35,326 bases of DNA from positions 248,643-283,968 of the forward strand of contig VMGB01000001.1 of assembly GCA_007376295.1 (NCBI GenBank), in the 5' to 3' direction. The notes below the pieces were generated by a model that saw nothing but the letters and a program-made list of their open reading frames with translations, had not been told where the DNA came from and ran no database searches. Made by a program: the position numbers and the translations under genes. Below are positions 1-8,099 of the stretch, piece by piece; within the stretch, counting starts at the first letter, position 1; each line of letters starts with the position of its first letter. This DNA is from Parcubacteria group bacterium Gr01-1014_13 (GTDB lineage Bacteria; Patescibacteriota; Patescibacteriia; Magasanikbacterales; GWA2-37-8).

Positions 1-416
1 TCATCAACATTTACCATTCCTTTGTCATTTACTTTTACATAAGTTATTTCCCAACCCGATTTTTTGAGATCTTCTAACGGATGTAATACGGCATGGTGCT
101 CTATTGGAGTAGAGATAATATGTTTACCGTGCTGGAGATGGGCTTTGGCAATGCCGTAAATAGCTAGATTGTCCGATTCAGTACCACTGCCGGTAAAAAT
201 AATGTTTTCGGGTAAGGCGCCAATAAATTTAGCTATTGTGCGTCGGCTGGTATTTAGAGCTTCATTGGCTTTAAGACCTTCGTGATACAGAGAAGAAGGG
301 TTGCCATAAACTTTGCTAAAATATGGCTCCATAGCCTTAAGAACCGCCTTATCTATATAGGTAGTAGCGGCGTGATCCAAATATACATCTTTAGTTTTCT
401 TTGGTTTTGGCAACAT
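1..416 (-). CDS. iscS: Cysteine desulfurase (IscS/NifS family), 5' part; runs off window start
   Basis: Manual translation from ATG at 416: MLPKPKKTKDVYLDHAATTYIDKAVLKAMEPYFSKVYGNPSSLY...IIFTGSGTESDNLAI...HIISTPIEHHAV; the YLDxAATT, GNPSS and TES.N motifs are typical; follows rrf2 and thiI. Confidence 0.93.
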   Translation of the reverse strand, partial: MLPKPKKTKDVYLDHAATTYIDKAVLKAMEPYFSKVYGNPSSLYHEGLKANEALNTSRRTIAKFIGALPENIIFTGSGTESDNLAIYGIAKAHLQHGKHIISTPIEHHAVLHPLEDLKKSGWEITYVKVNDKGMVNVD

Positions 417-417
417 G

Positions 418-753
418 TTAAATCTTTACTTTTTGTAGTACTTTAATAATATCTTTATTTAACTTGGCATTCATTTTGGATTTGGCCGCAGCCATCTTAC
501 CTTCCATAATTTCAAATATCTTGTATAGGTTTAAATTTTTTAATGACCCGTGCACACGATAACCTCCGTTTACGCCTTGTTCGGCTTCAATAATACCTGC
601 CAAATTTAATTTGCGCGCTATTTTTTGCAAAAACCAAAAAGAAATACCGGATTTTTCGGAAAATTCCCGCAGACTGACAAATGTTTTCTTTTTTCTGTTC
701 AGATACTGCAGCAACTGAACTGCGTAATCTGTTTCTTTTTTTAAGGCAAACAT
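418..753 (-). CDS. Rrf2-family transcriptional regulator (no Fe-S cysteines)
   Basis: TDYA...S.REFSE...IS..FLQKI...L..AGII.A..GVNGGY winged-HTH signature; directly upstream of iscS. Confidence 0.9.
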   Translation of the reverse strand: MFALKKETDYAVQLLQYLNRKKKTFVSLREFSEKSGISFWFLQKIARKLNLAGIIEAEQGVNGGYRVHGSLKNLNLYKIFEIMEGKMAAAKSKMNAKLNKDIIKVLQKVKI

Positions 754-755
754 AT

Positions 756-1346
756 TTAGAATGGCAGGGTTAAATTTATATTCTTTTTTCCAGACAAGGC
801 CTGATTGGCTGGGCCGAAATCAAAGTTAACGGCAAACGGGGTGATTTCTCCTACCAGGGATTTATAAAATAGCTGTTTGTTATTCTTACCAAATTCGTAA
901 ATTTCTTTAGTTACTTTTACATCCTGTTCGCAATACTTCTTTATCTCATTTATCTTGCCCTCTTTCCACCAGCGTATCGCTTGTAAGCCATCAGCGCTTT
1001 TTTCCATATCCAGAGTAGCCATGGCAATATCGTTTAATTTTAGACGTATACCCACGCTTTCTTTGACTTTTTTCATGATATCCAAGTGATTTATCACTGA
1101 CAGATTGCCTGGATAATAGTTGTGGAGTATTGGTAAGTCAAAGTGTTCGCTGTTGTAGCCAATGATACGATCGGCTTTTTCCAAAATAGGCCAGAGTTTG
1201 TTTAGTTCATTCTCTTCAAAACTGGTATAGCTATCAGTGGCATAGCTATATATAGAAACGCAGGATATTTTAAATTTTTTAAAGTCATTGTCTACATCAG
1301 CAAAAGTATTTTGTGTTTCTATATCAAAAACTATTTCGTTTAACAT
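756..1346 (-). CDS. RNase H-like / DEDD 3'-5' exonuclease (YprB-like)
   Basis: FDIET, GYNSEHFDLP and YCEQDV exonuclease motifs. Confidence 0.85.
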   Translation of the reverse strand: MLNEIVFDIETQNTFADVDNDFKKFKISCVSIYSYATDSYTSFEENELNKLWPILEKADRIIGYNSEHFDLPILHNYYPGNLSVINHLDIMKKVKESVGIRLKLNDIAMATLDMEKSADGLQAIRWWKEGKINEIKKYCEQDVKVTKEIYEFGKNNKQLFYKSLVGEITPFAVNFDFGPANQALSGKKNINLTLPF

Positions 1347-2485
1347 AAAGTAATAGAATTATGACTAATATGGTATGAGATTACTTCGGTTTTGTCAATA
1401 ATAGATTCGTCGATTAATTTTTCGTATTTTAAGACATCTTTTAATCGAGCTTTGGTGGCCGGATGTTTGGCTACAAACAAGCTGCAACAATCCTCGTAAG
1501 GGCGAGCGGAAATTTCCATAGTACCAATTTTTCGAGCTAGGTCTATTATATCTTTTTTGTTTGTACCTATCAACGGAGCCAACTTTAATAACCCGGAAGC
1601 GTCATAGATGGCTGTCATATTTTCCAAAGTCTGTGAAGCTACCTGCCCCAAACTATCACCTGATACTAAAGCTAAAAACTTATTCTCTCGAGCAATTTTA
1701 TCAGCGATTTTATTGAATAGACGGCGTGTAACTATCATACGGTACTCCGCTGGTATTTTAATAACCACTTGTCTTTGCAGATTAGCAAACGGAACCATAA
1801 ACAGTTTGATTTCCGGTTGATATCGAGAAAGTGTTTTGGCTAGATCAAATATTTTTTCGCTTACTTCTTCAGTAACTTGGGTTTGATTTTGAAAATGTAC
1901 CAGACTTACTTCTCCGCCTCGGCACATTATTTTATACGCCGCCACCGGGCTATCTATACCACCAGAAAGCAAAGCTAGCACCTTGCCAGAGCTGGACGTG
2001 GGCAGACCACCAATGGCATTTTGAGTATTGCCGAAGATATATGCAGTATCTTTGCCGATAGCGATATGAATATTTAGATCTGGTTTACCTAAAGATACCT
2101 GCCAATTGTATTTTAAACGCACATATTCCCCTATCTCTTTTTCTATTTGTACCGATGAAAGAGGAAATTTTTTAAAAGACCGTTCGGCAGAGATTCTAAA
2201 TGTTTTTACATCCTTAACATTACCAATCAAGTTATCTATACTTTTTTTAATATCTTCCATCTCGTTTTTTACTTTCACAGCCTCTGCATAGTTGGCAAAA
2301 CCGGGAATAAGCGCTAGCTGTTCCAACTGTGATTCTTGGATATTTTCTAACCAAAGGCCACTTTCTATGCGAGCAGTTCTAACTCCCGGCAACAATTTTT
2401 CTAAGTTAGTTTTTAGTTGACGAAAAAAAAGATGCTGATTTGAGCCCTTGAGAAATATCTCGTCTATATGGATAATTACATTCAT
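1340..2485 (-). CDS. thiI: tRNA 4-thiouridine(8) synthase ThiI (no rhodanese domain)
   Basis: EIFLKG.N, THUMP domain, LLSGGIDSPVA PP-loop, GDSLGQVASQT, PYEDCC. Confidence 0.96.
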   Translation of the reverse strand: MNVIIHIDEIFLKGSNQHLFFRQLKTNLEKLLPGVRTARIESGLWLENIQESQLEQLALIPGFANYAEAVKVKNEMEDIKKSIDNLIGNVKDVKTFRISAERSFKKFPLSSVQIEKEIGEYVRLKYNWQVSLGKPDLNIHIAIGKDTAYIFGNTQNAIGGLPTSSSGKVLALLSGGIDSPVAAYKIMCRGGEVSLVHFQNQTQVTEEVSEKIFDLAKTLSRYQPEIKLFMVPFANLQRQVVIKIPAEYRMIVTRRLFNKIADKIARENKFLALVSGDSLGQVASQTLENMTAIYDASGLLKLAPLIGTNKKDIIDLARKIGTMEISARPYEDCCSLFVAKHPATKARLKDVLKYEKLIDESIIDKTEVISYHISHNSITLC

Positions 2486-2549
2486 ACCGGATTAGTCTTA
2501 ATTTGGCTTTATTCTACAGGTTTTTGGGAAATTGTAAAGGCTGGGTACG

Positions 2550-2578
2550 TTGACCTTTTGGCTAATTGGTGGTAAGTT
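2550..2578 (+). promoter_or_regulatory. sigma70-type promoter for zinc-finger orphan
   Basis: TTGACC-17 nt-TAAGTT with TGn extended -10; SD GGGAGG before ATG 2622. Confidence 0.55.
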
Positions 2579-2621
2579 TCCTTTAGTCATTTTCAAACCC
2601 AAAACAAGGAAGGGAGGCGAA

Positions 2622-2951
2622 ATGTCAGAAAAAATTCGTACTGCCGTGCTATCCCTTCCCTCGAAGGCGATGAACTGTGGTTTATGCGGAAAGCAGGCTG
2701 ATGGGCAGTGCACTCAATGTTCTGCCCCAGTGTGTAAAGTTTGTTGGAAAACCCATAAAGATAAACACAAGCCATCTTTGACGGCGATGAACTGTGTTAC
2801 CTGCGGTTTGCCGCCGGACGGACAATGTGCGTATTGTCCGGCTCCGTTGTGTCAGAATTGGGGTTGCCGAGAAGAACACGAAGCAAAACATTCTGACGCG
2901 CGAAGCGACGAAGAAAAGAGAAATAATCCGTTAAAAATAAAAAGGCCGTGA
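2622..2951 (+). CDS. Small protein with two tandem Cys/His zinc-finger (B-box-like) repeats
   Basis: Start reassigned to ATG 2622 after AGGGAGG; two units CxxC-x7-CxxC-x4-C-x2-4-C-x3-H-x3-H, 39 aa apart. Confidence 0.75.
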   Translation: MSEKIRTAVLSLPSKAMNCGLCGKQADGQCTQCSAPVCKVCWKTHKDKHKPSLTAMNCVTCGLPPDGQCAYCPAPLCQNWGCREEHEAKHSDARSDEEKRNNPLKIKRP

Positions 2952-2965
2952 AAACGGCTCTACCC

Positions 2966-2995
2966 AGGACATCTACAAACGTAGCTGTCCTTTTT
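2966..2995 (+). terminator. Intrinsic terminator
   Basis: AGGACA-TCTAC-aaac-GTAG-C-TGTCCT followed by a T run. Confidence 0.6.
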
Positions 2996-4070
2996 AATTT
3001 GAAGCTAAAAGCTGTTTCATCTCTACTGCATTTCGCAATTGTCCGCAAGCGGCAGCGATATCTTGGCCTTGGGAGTAGCGGACAGTAGAAACGAATCCAG
3101 CGTCTATAAGTGAAGTATGCCAGTGTTCAATGTTTTCTTTTGGTGATTCATTAAAATCTGAAGGTAAAGCAATCGTAGAAATATTGTTGTAAGGAATCAG
3201 ATTTATTTTAACTTTCCCCAGTTTGGAAGCCAAGGTCATCAAAGCCTTTAGGTCTTTTGGTCCATCGTTTACTCCGCCAAGCATAATATATTCTAGACCG
3301 ATATAGTGCGCGCGGCTAGGATGCATCTGATGATACTTTTTTGACCAGCCCACCAGATAATCCAAAAATCCTGGTTGGTGTGAAGGCATGATAGCAGCGC
3401 GGGTTTGTTCGATAGCGCTGTGTAAAGATAAGGCAAAGCGGACGGCAGGAAAATCTTTATCTACAGCCAGCTTATCCATCATTACCGGAATACCGCAGGT
3501 AGAAAGAGTGATTTGCTTCTGGCCAATATTTGTATAGTTTAAAATAATATTTAAAGCGTTTTTAATATTATCATAATTAAGCAACGGTTCTCCCTGACCC
3601 ATTATCACCATATTGTCTATCTCACCCAGACTTCTTTCGGCCAAAAACTTTTGCCAAAAACGAAATTGATCCACAATTTCTTCGACAGTTAAATTTCGAG
3701 TAAATCCAGCTTTGCCAGTGGCGCAAAAAGCACATTTCATGCCGCAGCCTACCTGGGAAGAAATACATATAGTATAGCGATCTCGACCGCCATCTCGGGT
3801 GAGATTTTTTCTGCCCATCAGAACCGCTTCTACCAATCTGTCATCGGAGAGTTTAAGTAAAGCTTTTTTGGTGTTGTCCCTTTTGCTTTCGTGCATGGCG
3901 TGTACGCGTACAGAGAGCCACGGTTTGTCTTTTAATTTTTCCCGTAAGTCTTTAGGTAAAGTGCTAATTTTTTCATAGCTGTCTGTATTTACATCAAACC
4001 AGGCCCGGAACACTTGGTCCTGCCGAAATTTCTTTTCTGGGGCTAAGGTTTGTAATAAATCTATGGACAT
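2994..4070 (-). CDS. rlmN: 23S rRNA/tRNA m2A methyltransferase RlmN (radical SAM)
   Basis: CISSQVGCGMKCAFCATG, MGQGEPL, SLH, NLIPYN, DIAAACGQL. Confidence 0.96.
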   Translation of the reverse strand: MSIDLLQTLAPEKKFRQDQVFRAWFDVNTDSYEKISTLPKDLREKLKDKPWLSVRVHAMHESKRDNTKKALLKLSDDRLVEAVLMGRKNLTRDGGRDRYTICISSQVGCGMKCAFCATGKAGFTRNLTVEEIVDQFRFWQKFLAERSLGEIDNMVIMGQGEPLLNYDNIKNALNIILNYTNIGQKQITLSTCGIPVMMDKLAVDKDFPAVRFALSLHSAIEQTRAAIMPSHQPGFLDYLVGWSKKYHQMHPSRAHYIGLEYIMLGGVNDGPKDLKALMTLASKLGKVKINLIPYNNISTIALPSDFNESPKENIEHWHTSLIDAGFVSTVRYSQGQDIAAACGQLRNAVEMKQLLASN

Positions 4071-4115
4071 ATGAGATTTTTCAGTATGCCATAGTTTTTG
4101 AGTTTTGGCAAGAAG

Positions 4116-6299
4116 CTAAACCAAGGCATTTAATATCTTTTCTTTAACATCCTTCGATGTCATGTCGGCAACTTCATACACTTCGGCCACATTTCCAGAT
4201 TTTAGGTAGTGAGTTATACCAATCGCTTTTTTGTTATAATTTGGTTGCAACATAAATGGATACAAAAATCCTGGCCAGCCGTTGTGCAAAGTTACAACCA
4301 GAGACCTTTCTTCGTCCGGCAAAATTTCTTGGGCCTTGGTTGGATTATTTTTCCTTAAGTCTTCAAATAATTCTGGAGAAGTAACTGTAATAATTTTGAC
4401 ATCCAGTCCCTTGGCTTCTAATTCTGGTAAAATTGCCAAGGTATTTTGCAAAATCTGCATACCACAAATGGCTAGCACCAGTTTGTTTCCTTTCCCAGAA
4501 AATTGTTTGTACACATACGCGCCATTGTTCGCTTCTATGGCTGCTGGCACTTCGCCGCGTTTGATTACCGGTTGTTCCGGCCTATATACCGACAAAACAA
4601 TCGGTTCCCCTTTTTCGAGTGCATGGAATAGCATCTCTATGGTCTCATTAGCATCTGTGGGCTTATACACCTTTATACCGGGCAGAGCGTTGTAAAGCGA
4701 CATCCAATACATTCCTTGGTGTGTAGGGCCATCCTCGCCTGTTTCTGGGCCGTCATGGGCTGCCAGAGCAATAAAAAAGCCTTTGGTTTTGGGGTTAAGC
4801 TCGTTGCCGATGATAGCTAAACGAATAGCATTGGCCATCATATTGGTAAAGACGGCAAATGTGCCAAATACAGATACCGGCCTGTATCCGCCAGGCAAAA
4901 TATCTTGAGTAAGTCCTGCGCCCATCATGGCCATGTTTTGTTCAGCAATCCCATATCGAATACCGCGGCCTAATGGATTTTTTCTGCTAATAAGTCCGTA
5001 AACTTCTTCGGCAGAATTTGTCAGAACAGATTTGGCTAAATCCCCTGCTCCGGCATAAAAAAATGCTGTTTGTTTCATATACCAATTAAACCAGGCTTGA
5101 ACAGCTTTGCGTGTAGAAACTTTTGAACCTTCGGCAAAAACTAATTCAGAAGGCAAAACCTTCGGACGTTTTATGGAAAGTGGATCCACAATCTGGCGAC
5201 CGGCCAGAGATTTTTTCATTTTTTCCACCAAAACTGATTCTGGTAAAACTTTTTTAGCTCCGATTTCTAATCTTTCCAAAATATATTTTTCATCTTCACT
5301 GGTAATTTCCGCCAGTACGGTTTGGATATCGGCCATTACTTCTCCTTGCTTGCCGGGAATATCAAATCCTAAATTTTTCATGATACTTACATAATCATCA
5401 TGCTTGGCAGCTATTCCGTGCGATGCAGCCGTGTTTTCCATCTTGCCGTAACTTTTTCCTTTTAAGGTATGACAAATAACTACGGTTGGCGAATCATTAG
5501 CAAAACCTTTTGCAGCTAAATTGTAGGCATAAGCGACTTCTAAAACATTATGTCCGTTTGTTTCGATAACATTCCAACCCAAACCTAACCAGTGATTTAT
5601 AATCGGCGAAGCTATCACTTCTTCTATTTCCGCATCAATACCAAAATGATTGTAATCAAAACTGACAATCATATTTTTGAGTCCATTGGTGGCAATAATA
5701 TTGCGTGCTTCATAAGTCATACCTTCTTCACTCTCAGCATCACCCATAAAAACCCAGGTTTTTGTGTCTAGTCCGCAAGACGAATGCACTAAGGCCATGC
5801 CGCCAGCAGCAGAAAGTCCGTGGCCAGATGGACCGGTAGTGAAATCAGAATATGGGTATTGCGCTTCGGCGTGCCCCTGCGGGCCATCAGCATGACGAAA
5901 ACGAAGCAAGTCTTCGGGTAAAACTGCTTTTACTGCAGCCTCGGAAAATTGTCGGCCGTTGCGTTTTAAAATTTCATAATACAAAGCTTGTCCAGTAAAA
6001 AGCAAAGGCGTGCAATGCCCAGCGCTCCAGATTAATCTATCTCGGCCAGGATTTTTGGGATTAGTTGGGTCAAAGGCCATTACCCCGCCCAAAGTCATAG
6101 CCAAAAATTGCTCTACTTTGCCGCTACTACCCGGATGACCAGATTGGCCAGCTTCGACAGCGGCAAAAATTAGGCCGCGCAAAATTCTGGCCAATTTGTC
6201 TAGGCGTTTGACGTCAATGCCTTTTATATTGGCTATTTTTTTATTTTGAAGATTTATATATTCCGGAGCAGATGAGTTTATTTTTGATTTTTTGGGCAT
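4116..6299 (-). CDS. tkt: Transketolase
   Basis: Start reassigned to ATG 6299 (MPKKSK); SGHPG, RDRLIWSAGH, TTGPSGHG, GIAEQNM, GEDGPTHQ. Confidence 0.92.
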   Translation of the reverse strand: MPKKSKINSSAPEYINLQNKKIANIKGIDVKRLDKLARILRGLIFAAVEAGQSGHPGSSGKVEQFLAMTLGGVMAFDPTNPKNPGRDRLIWSAGHCTPLLFTGQALYYEILKRNGRQFSEAAVKAVLPEDLLRFRHADGPQGHAEAQYPYSDFTTGPSGHGLSAAGGMALVHSSCGLDTKTWVFMGDAESEEGMTYEARNIIATNGLKNMIVSFDYNHFGIDAEIEEVIASPIINHWLGLGWNVIETNGHNVLEVAYAYNLAAKGFANDSPTVVICHTLKGKSYGKMENTAASHGIAAKHDDYVSIMKNLGFDIPGKQGEVMADIQTVLAEITSEDEKYILERLEIGAKKVLPESVLVEKMKKSLAGRQIVDPLSIKRPKVLPSELVFAEGSKVSTRKAVQAWFNWYMKQTAFFYAGAGDLAKSVLTNSAEEVYGLISRKNPLGRGIRYGIAEQNMAMMGAGLTQDILPGGYRPVSVFGTFAVFTNMMANAIRLAIIGNELNPKTKGFFIALAAHDGPETGEDGPTHQGMYWMSLYNALPGIKVYKPTDANETIEMLFHALEKGEPIVLSVYRPEQPVIKRGEVPAAIEANNGAYVYKQFSGKGNKLVLAICGMQILQNTLAILPELEAKGLDVKIITVTSPELFEDLRKNNPTKAQEILPDEERSLVVTLHNGWPGFLYPFMLQPNYNKKAIGITHYLKSGNVAEVYEVADMTSKDVKEKILNALV

Positions 6300-6363
6300 A
6301 AAAGAATTAATACATAACAATTTATTATTTATTGTACCGATTTTATCATTTTTAAACAAGTCA

Positions 6364-6392
6364 TTGACACACGTGCTTTTTTGTGTCATCTT
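6364..6392 (+). promoter_or_regulatory. sigma70-type promoter overlapped by inverted repeat TGACACA...TGTGTCA
   Basis: TTGACA-17 nt-CATCTT; SD GGAGG at 6411-6415. Confidence 0.55.
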
Positions 6393-6420
6393 TATTCTGT
6401 TCACAACAACGGAGGAATCC

Positions 6421-6771
6421 ATGAAATGGCAAGATGTTCTCAAAAGAAATGATATCGTCGGCGGAGAATTAGAAACACAGGAAGATAATGACATATACCG
6501 TGGCCCTATTAAGAGCATCGAACTCAAGGAAGGTGTGGTTTACATAGAGCTAGAGTGGTGTGCCACAATGCCGCAACCCGGCAATTCCGGCTTTGGAAGA
6601 TGGCGGGTACATGACATGACAAGTGTCGGTCTCAGTGCTGAGATCACACCACGAGAAATTAGCGATAATCGTCTCATGATAACACCTCCAATGCTTGGAA
6701 TCTGGGTCATTTTCCCCAAAGGTGGCAGCAAGCTTGATCCCAATATAGTGGCCGGACTCAAAGTTCTTTAA
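6421..6771 (+). CDS. Hypothetical protein (116 aa orphan)
   Basis: ATG 6421 preceded by GGAGG, own promoter and terminator. Confidence 0.75.
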   Translation: MKWQDVLKRNDIVGGELETQEDNDIYRGPIKSIELKEGVVYIELEWCATMPQPGNSGFGRWRVHDMTSVGLSAEITPREISDNRLMITPPMLGIWVIFPKGGSKLDPNIVAGLKVL

Positions 6772-6795
6772 ACTTGGCTTAATATTCAAACTCCG

Positions 6796-6828
6796 CTCGC
6801 TAAACACTATTTAGCGAGTTATTTTTTT
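6796..6828 (+). terminator. Intrinsic terminator
   Basis: CTCGCTAAA-cacta-TTTAGCGAG then TTATTTTTTT. Confidence 0.75.
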
Positions 6829-6892
6829 AAGCTATTCCATTTTTTAAAGGAAGTGCTACAATTGAAAATAGCTTACTTTTAACTATAACCAT

Positions 6893-7372
6893 ATGGATGA
6901 GCAAAACCCTCCTAACCCAGCGACCCCTATCAATCCTGAAGGTACTCCTCCAGAGCCAACCCCACAGCCTACACCAGCACCTACACCTACTCCACAACCA
7001 GAACCAGTACAGCAGCCGCAACAAGAACAAAAACCACCAGAACAACCAGCGGTATCCCAGTCACAACCGGCAAAACCAAAACATAGCACGTTGATGGCGG
7101 TTTTGGCCTACGTTTTATTCTTTATCCCTCTCCTAACCGATGCCAAAAATGACCCTTTTGTTAAATTCCATGTAAAGCAAGGTTTGGTACTATTTATCGC
7201 TTGCTTGGCCACTGGAATCATCGTACGAATGCCTGTAATTGGCTGGATATTAATAGCCCCTTTAAATATATTCCTCCTTATCCTCTGGATAATCGGCGTG
7301 CTTAACGCTTTAGGCGGAAAACAAAAACCTCTGCCTGTAATCGGCCAGTACGGCGAAAAGTTTGACTTCTAA
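6893..7372 (+). CDS. DUF4870-like membrane protein with Pro/Gln-rich N-terminus
   Basis: MAVLAY.LFFIPL...DPFVKFHVKQGLVL...ALGGKQKPLPVIG pattern; three TM segments. Confidence 0.82.
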   Translation: MDEQNPPNPATPINPEGTPPEPTPQPTPAPTPTPQPEPVQQPQQEQKPPEQPAVSQSQPAKPKHSTLMAVLAYVLFFIPLLTDAKNDPFVKFHVKQGLVLFIACLATGIIVRMPVIGWILIAPLNIFLLILWIIGVLNALGGKQKPLPVIGQYGEKFDF

Positions 7373-7381
7373 ATCCACACT

Positions 7382-7413
7382 AAAAGCCCGGGAATACAAT
7401 CCGGGCTTTTTTT
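7382..7413 (+). terminator. Intrinsic terminator
   Basis: AAAAGCCCGG-gaatacaat-CCGGGCTTTT plus more T. Confidence 0.85.
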
Positions 7414-7414
7414 G

Positions 7415-7443
7415 TTGACACTCCGTTGCCAATAAGGAATAAT
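7415..7443 (+). promoter_or_regulatory. sigma70-type promoter for two-gene orphan cassette
   Basis: TTGACA-17 nt-AATAAT immediately after the upstream terminator. Confidence 0.6.
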
Positions 7444-7463
7444 ATCATCCTCAAGGAGGAAAC

Positions 7464-7685
7464 ATGACCGAAGAAGAGAAAAAAGAGCTCTTTCAAACTT
7501 TAAAACGAGAAGTTCGCCAATTAGAGGGCGTATCTGGGTGCGGAGGTTTTCTTGAACAATTTATTGTGTATCTGGAAAAAGATACTTCCGAGCTGCGACA
7601 AGCTGTCTTAAAATTTATTGGCGATAAAGCTCCTGCTTCCTATGTGAGATTTATAAACACCGGACAAATCTCCGCTGGTTCCTAG
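7464..7685 (+). CDS. Hypothetical protein (73 aa)
   Basis: AAGGAGGAAAC-ATG start; ORF track. Confidence 0.7.
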   Translation: MTEEEKKELFQTLKREVRQLEGVSGCGGFLEQFIVYLEKDTSELRQAVLKFIGDKAPASYVRFINTGQISAGS

Positions 7686-7696
7686 AAGGAGGAAAC

Positions 7697-8062
7697 ATGC
7701 CGATCGACCAAGCTACTGAGATCAATGTGCTGAGAATAGACGGGGTAGCAGCATTAGTAAAGCCGCTTGATGGAACCGATGGCTTACGAGTGTTTCTACT
7801 TAGAGACACATTTGATGTGTGGATGGCTGTTTTGAAAACTATCGGAGACGCGATACCTGCCGATAAAGTACTCTTTCAGCCACAAAAAATAGAAGAGCAA
7901 TGTTCTTTTTGTGGTAAACCAAAAAAGGAAGTTTTGCTACTGGTTGTATCAAAAACACACTTCTGCGAAGGAAAAAAAATGGCATCACCGATTTGTATCT
8001 GTAATGAATGTGTTGCCCATTACGCGCAATTGATTTCCGACGCCAAGGATATCTCTAGATGA
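7697..8062 (+). CDS. Protein with C-terminal ClpX-type C4 zinc finger
   Basis: CSFCGKPKKEV..LV...ICNECV matches the ClpX N-domain pattern; no AAA+ domain; AAGGAGGAAAC-ATG. Confidence 0.8.
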   Translation: MPIDQATEINVLRIDGVAALVKPLDGTDGLRVFLLRDTFDVWMAVLKTIGDAIPADKVLFQPQKIEEQCSFCGKPKKEVLLLVVSKTHFCEGKKMASPICICNECVAHYAQLISDAKDISR

Positions 8063-8070
8063 CAAATTTC

Positions 8071-8099
8071 AACAGGAGTTTATAACTCCTGTTCTTTTT
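8071..8099. terminator. Terminator between convergent genes
   Basis: AACAGGAGTT-tat-AACTCCTGTT then CTTTTT. Confidence 0.75.

Noticed and set aside
6300-6527. 76-aa extension of transketolase and upstream extension of the 6292 ORF
   Set aside because: Overlap each other and the divergent promoter region; better starts at 6299 and 6421
6905-7080. CCA/CAA-rich repetitive DNA
   Set aside because: Explained by the Pro/Gln/Thr linker codons; not a CRISPR or tandem array
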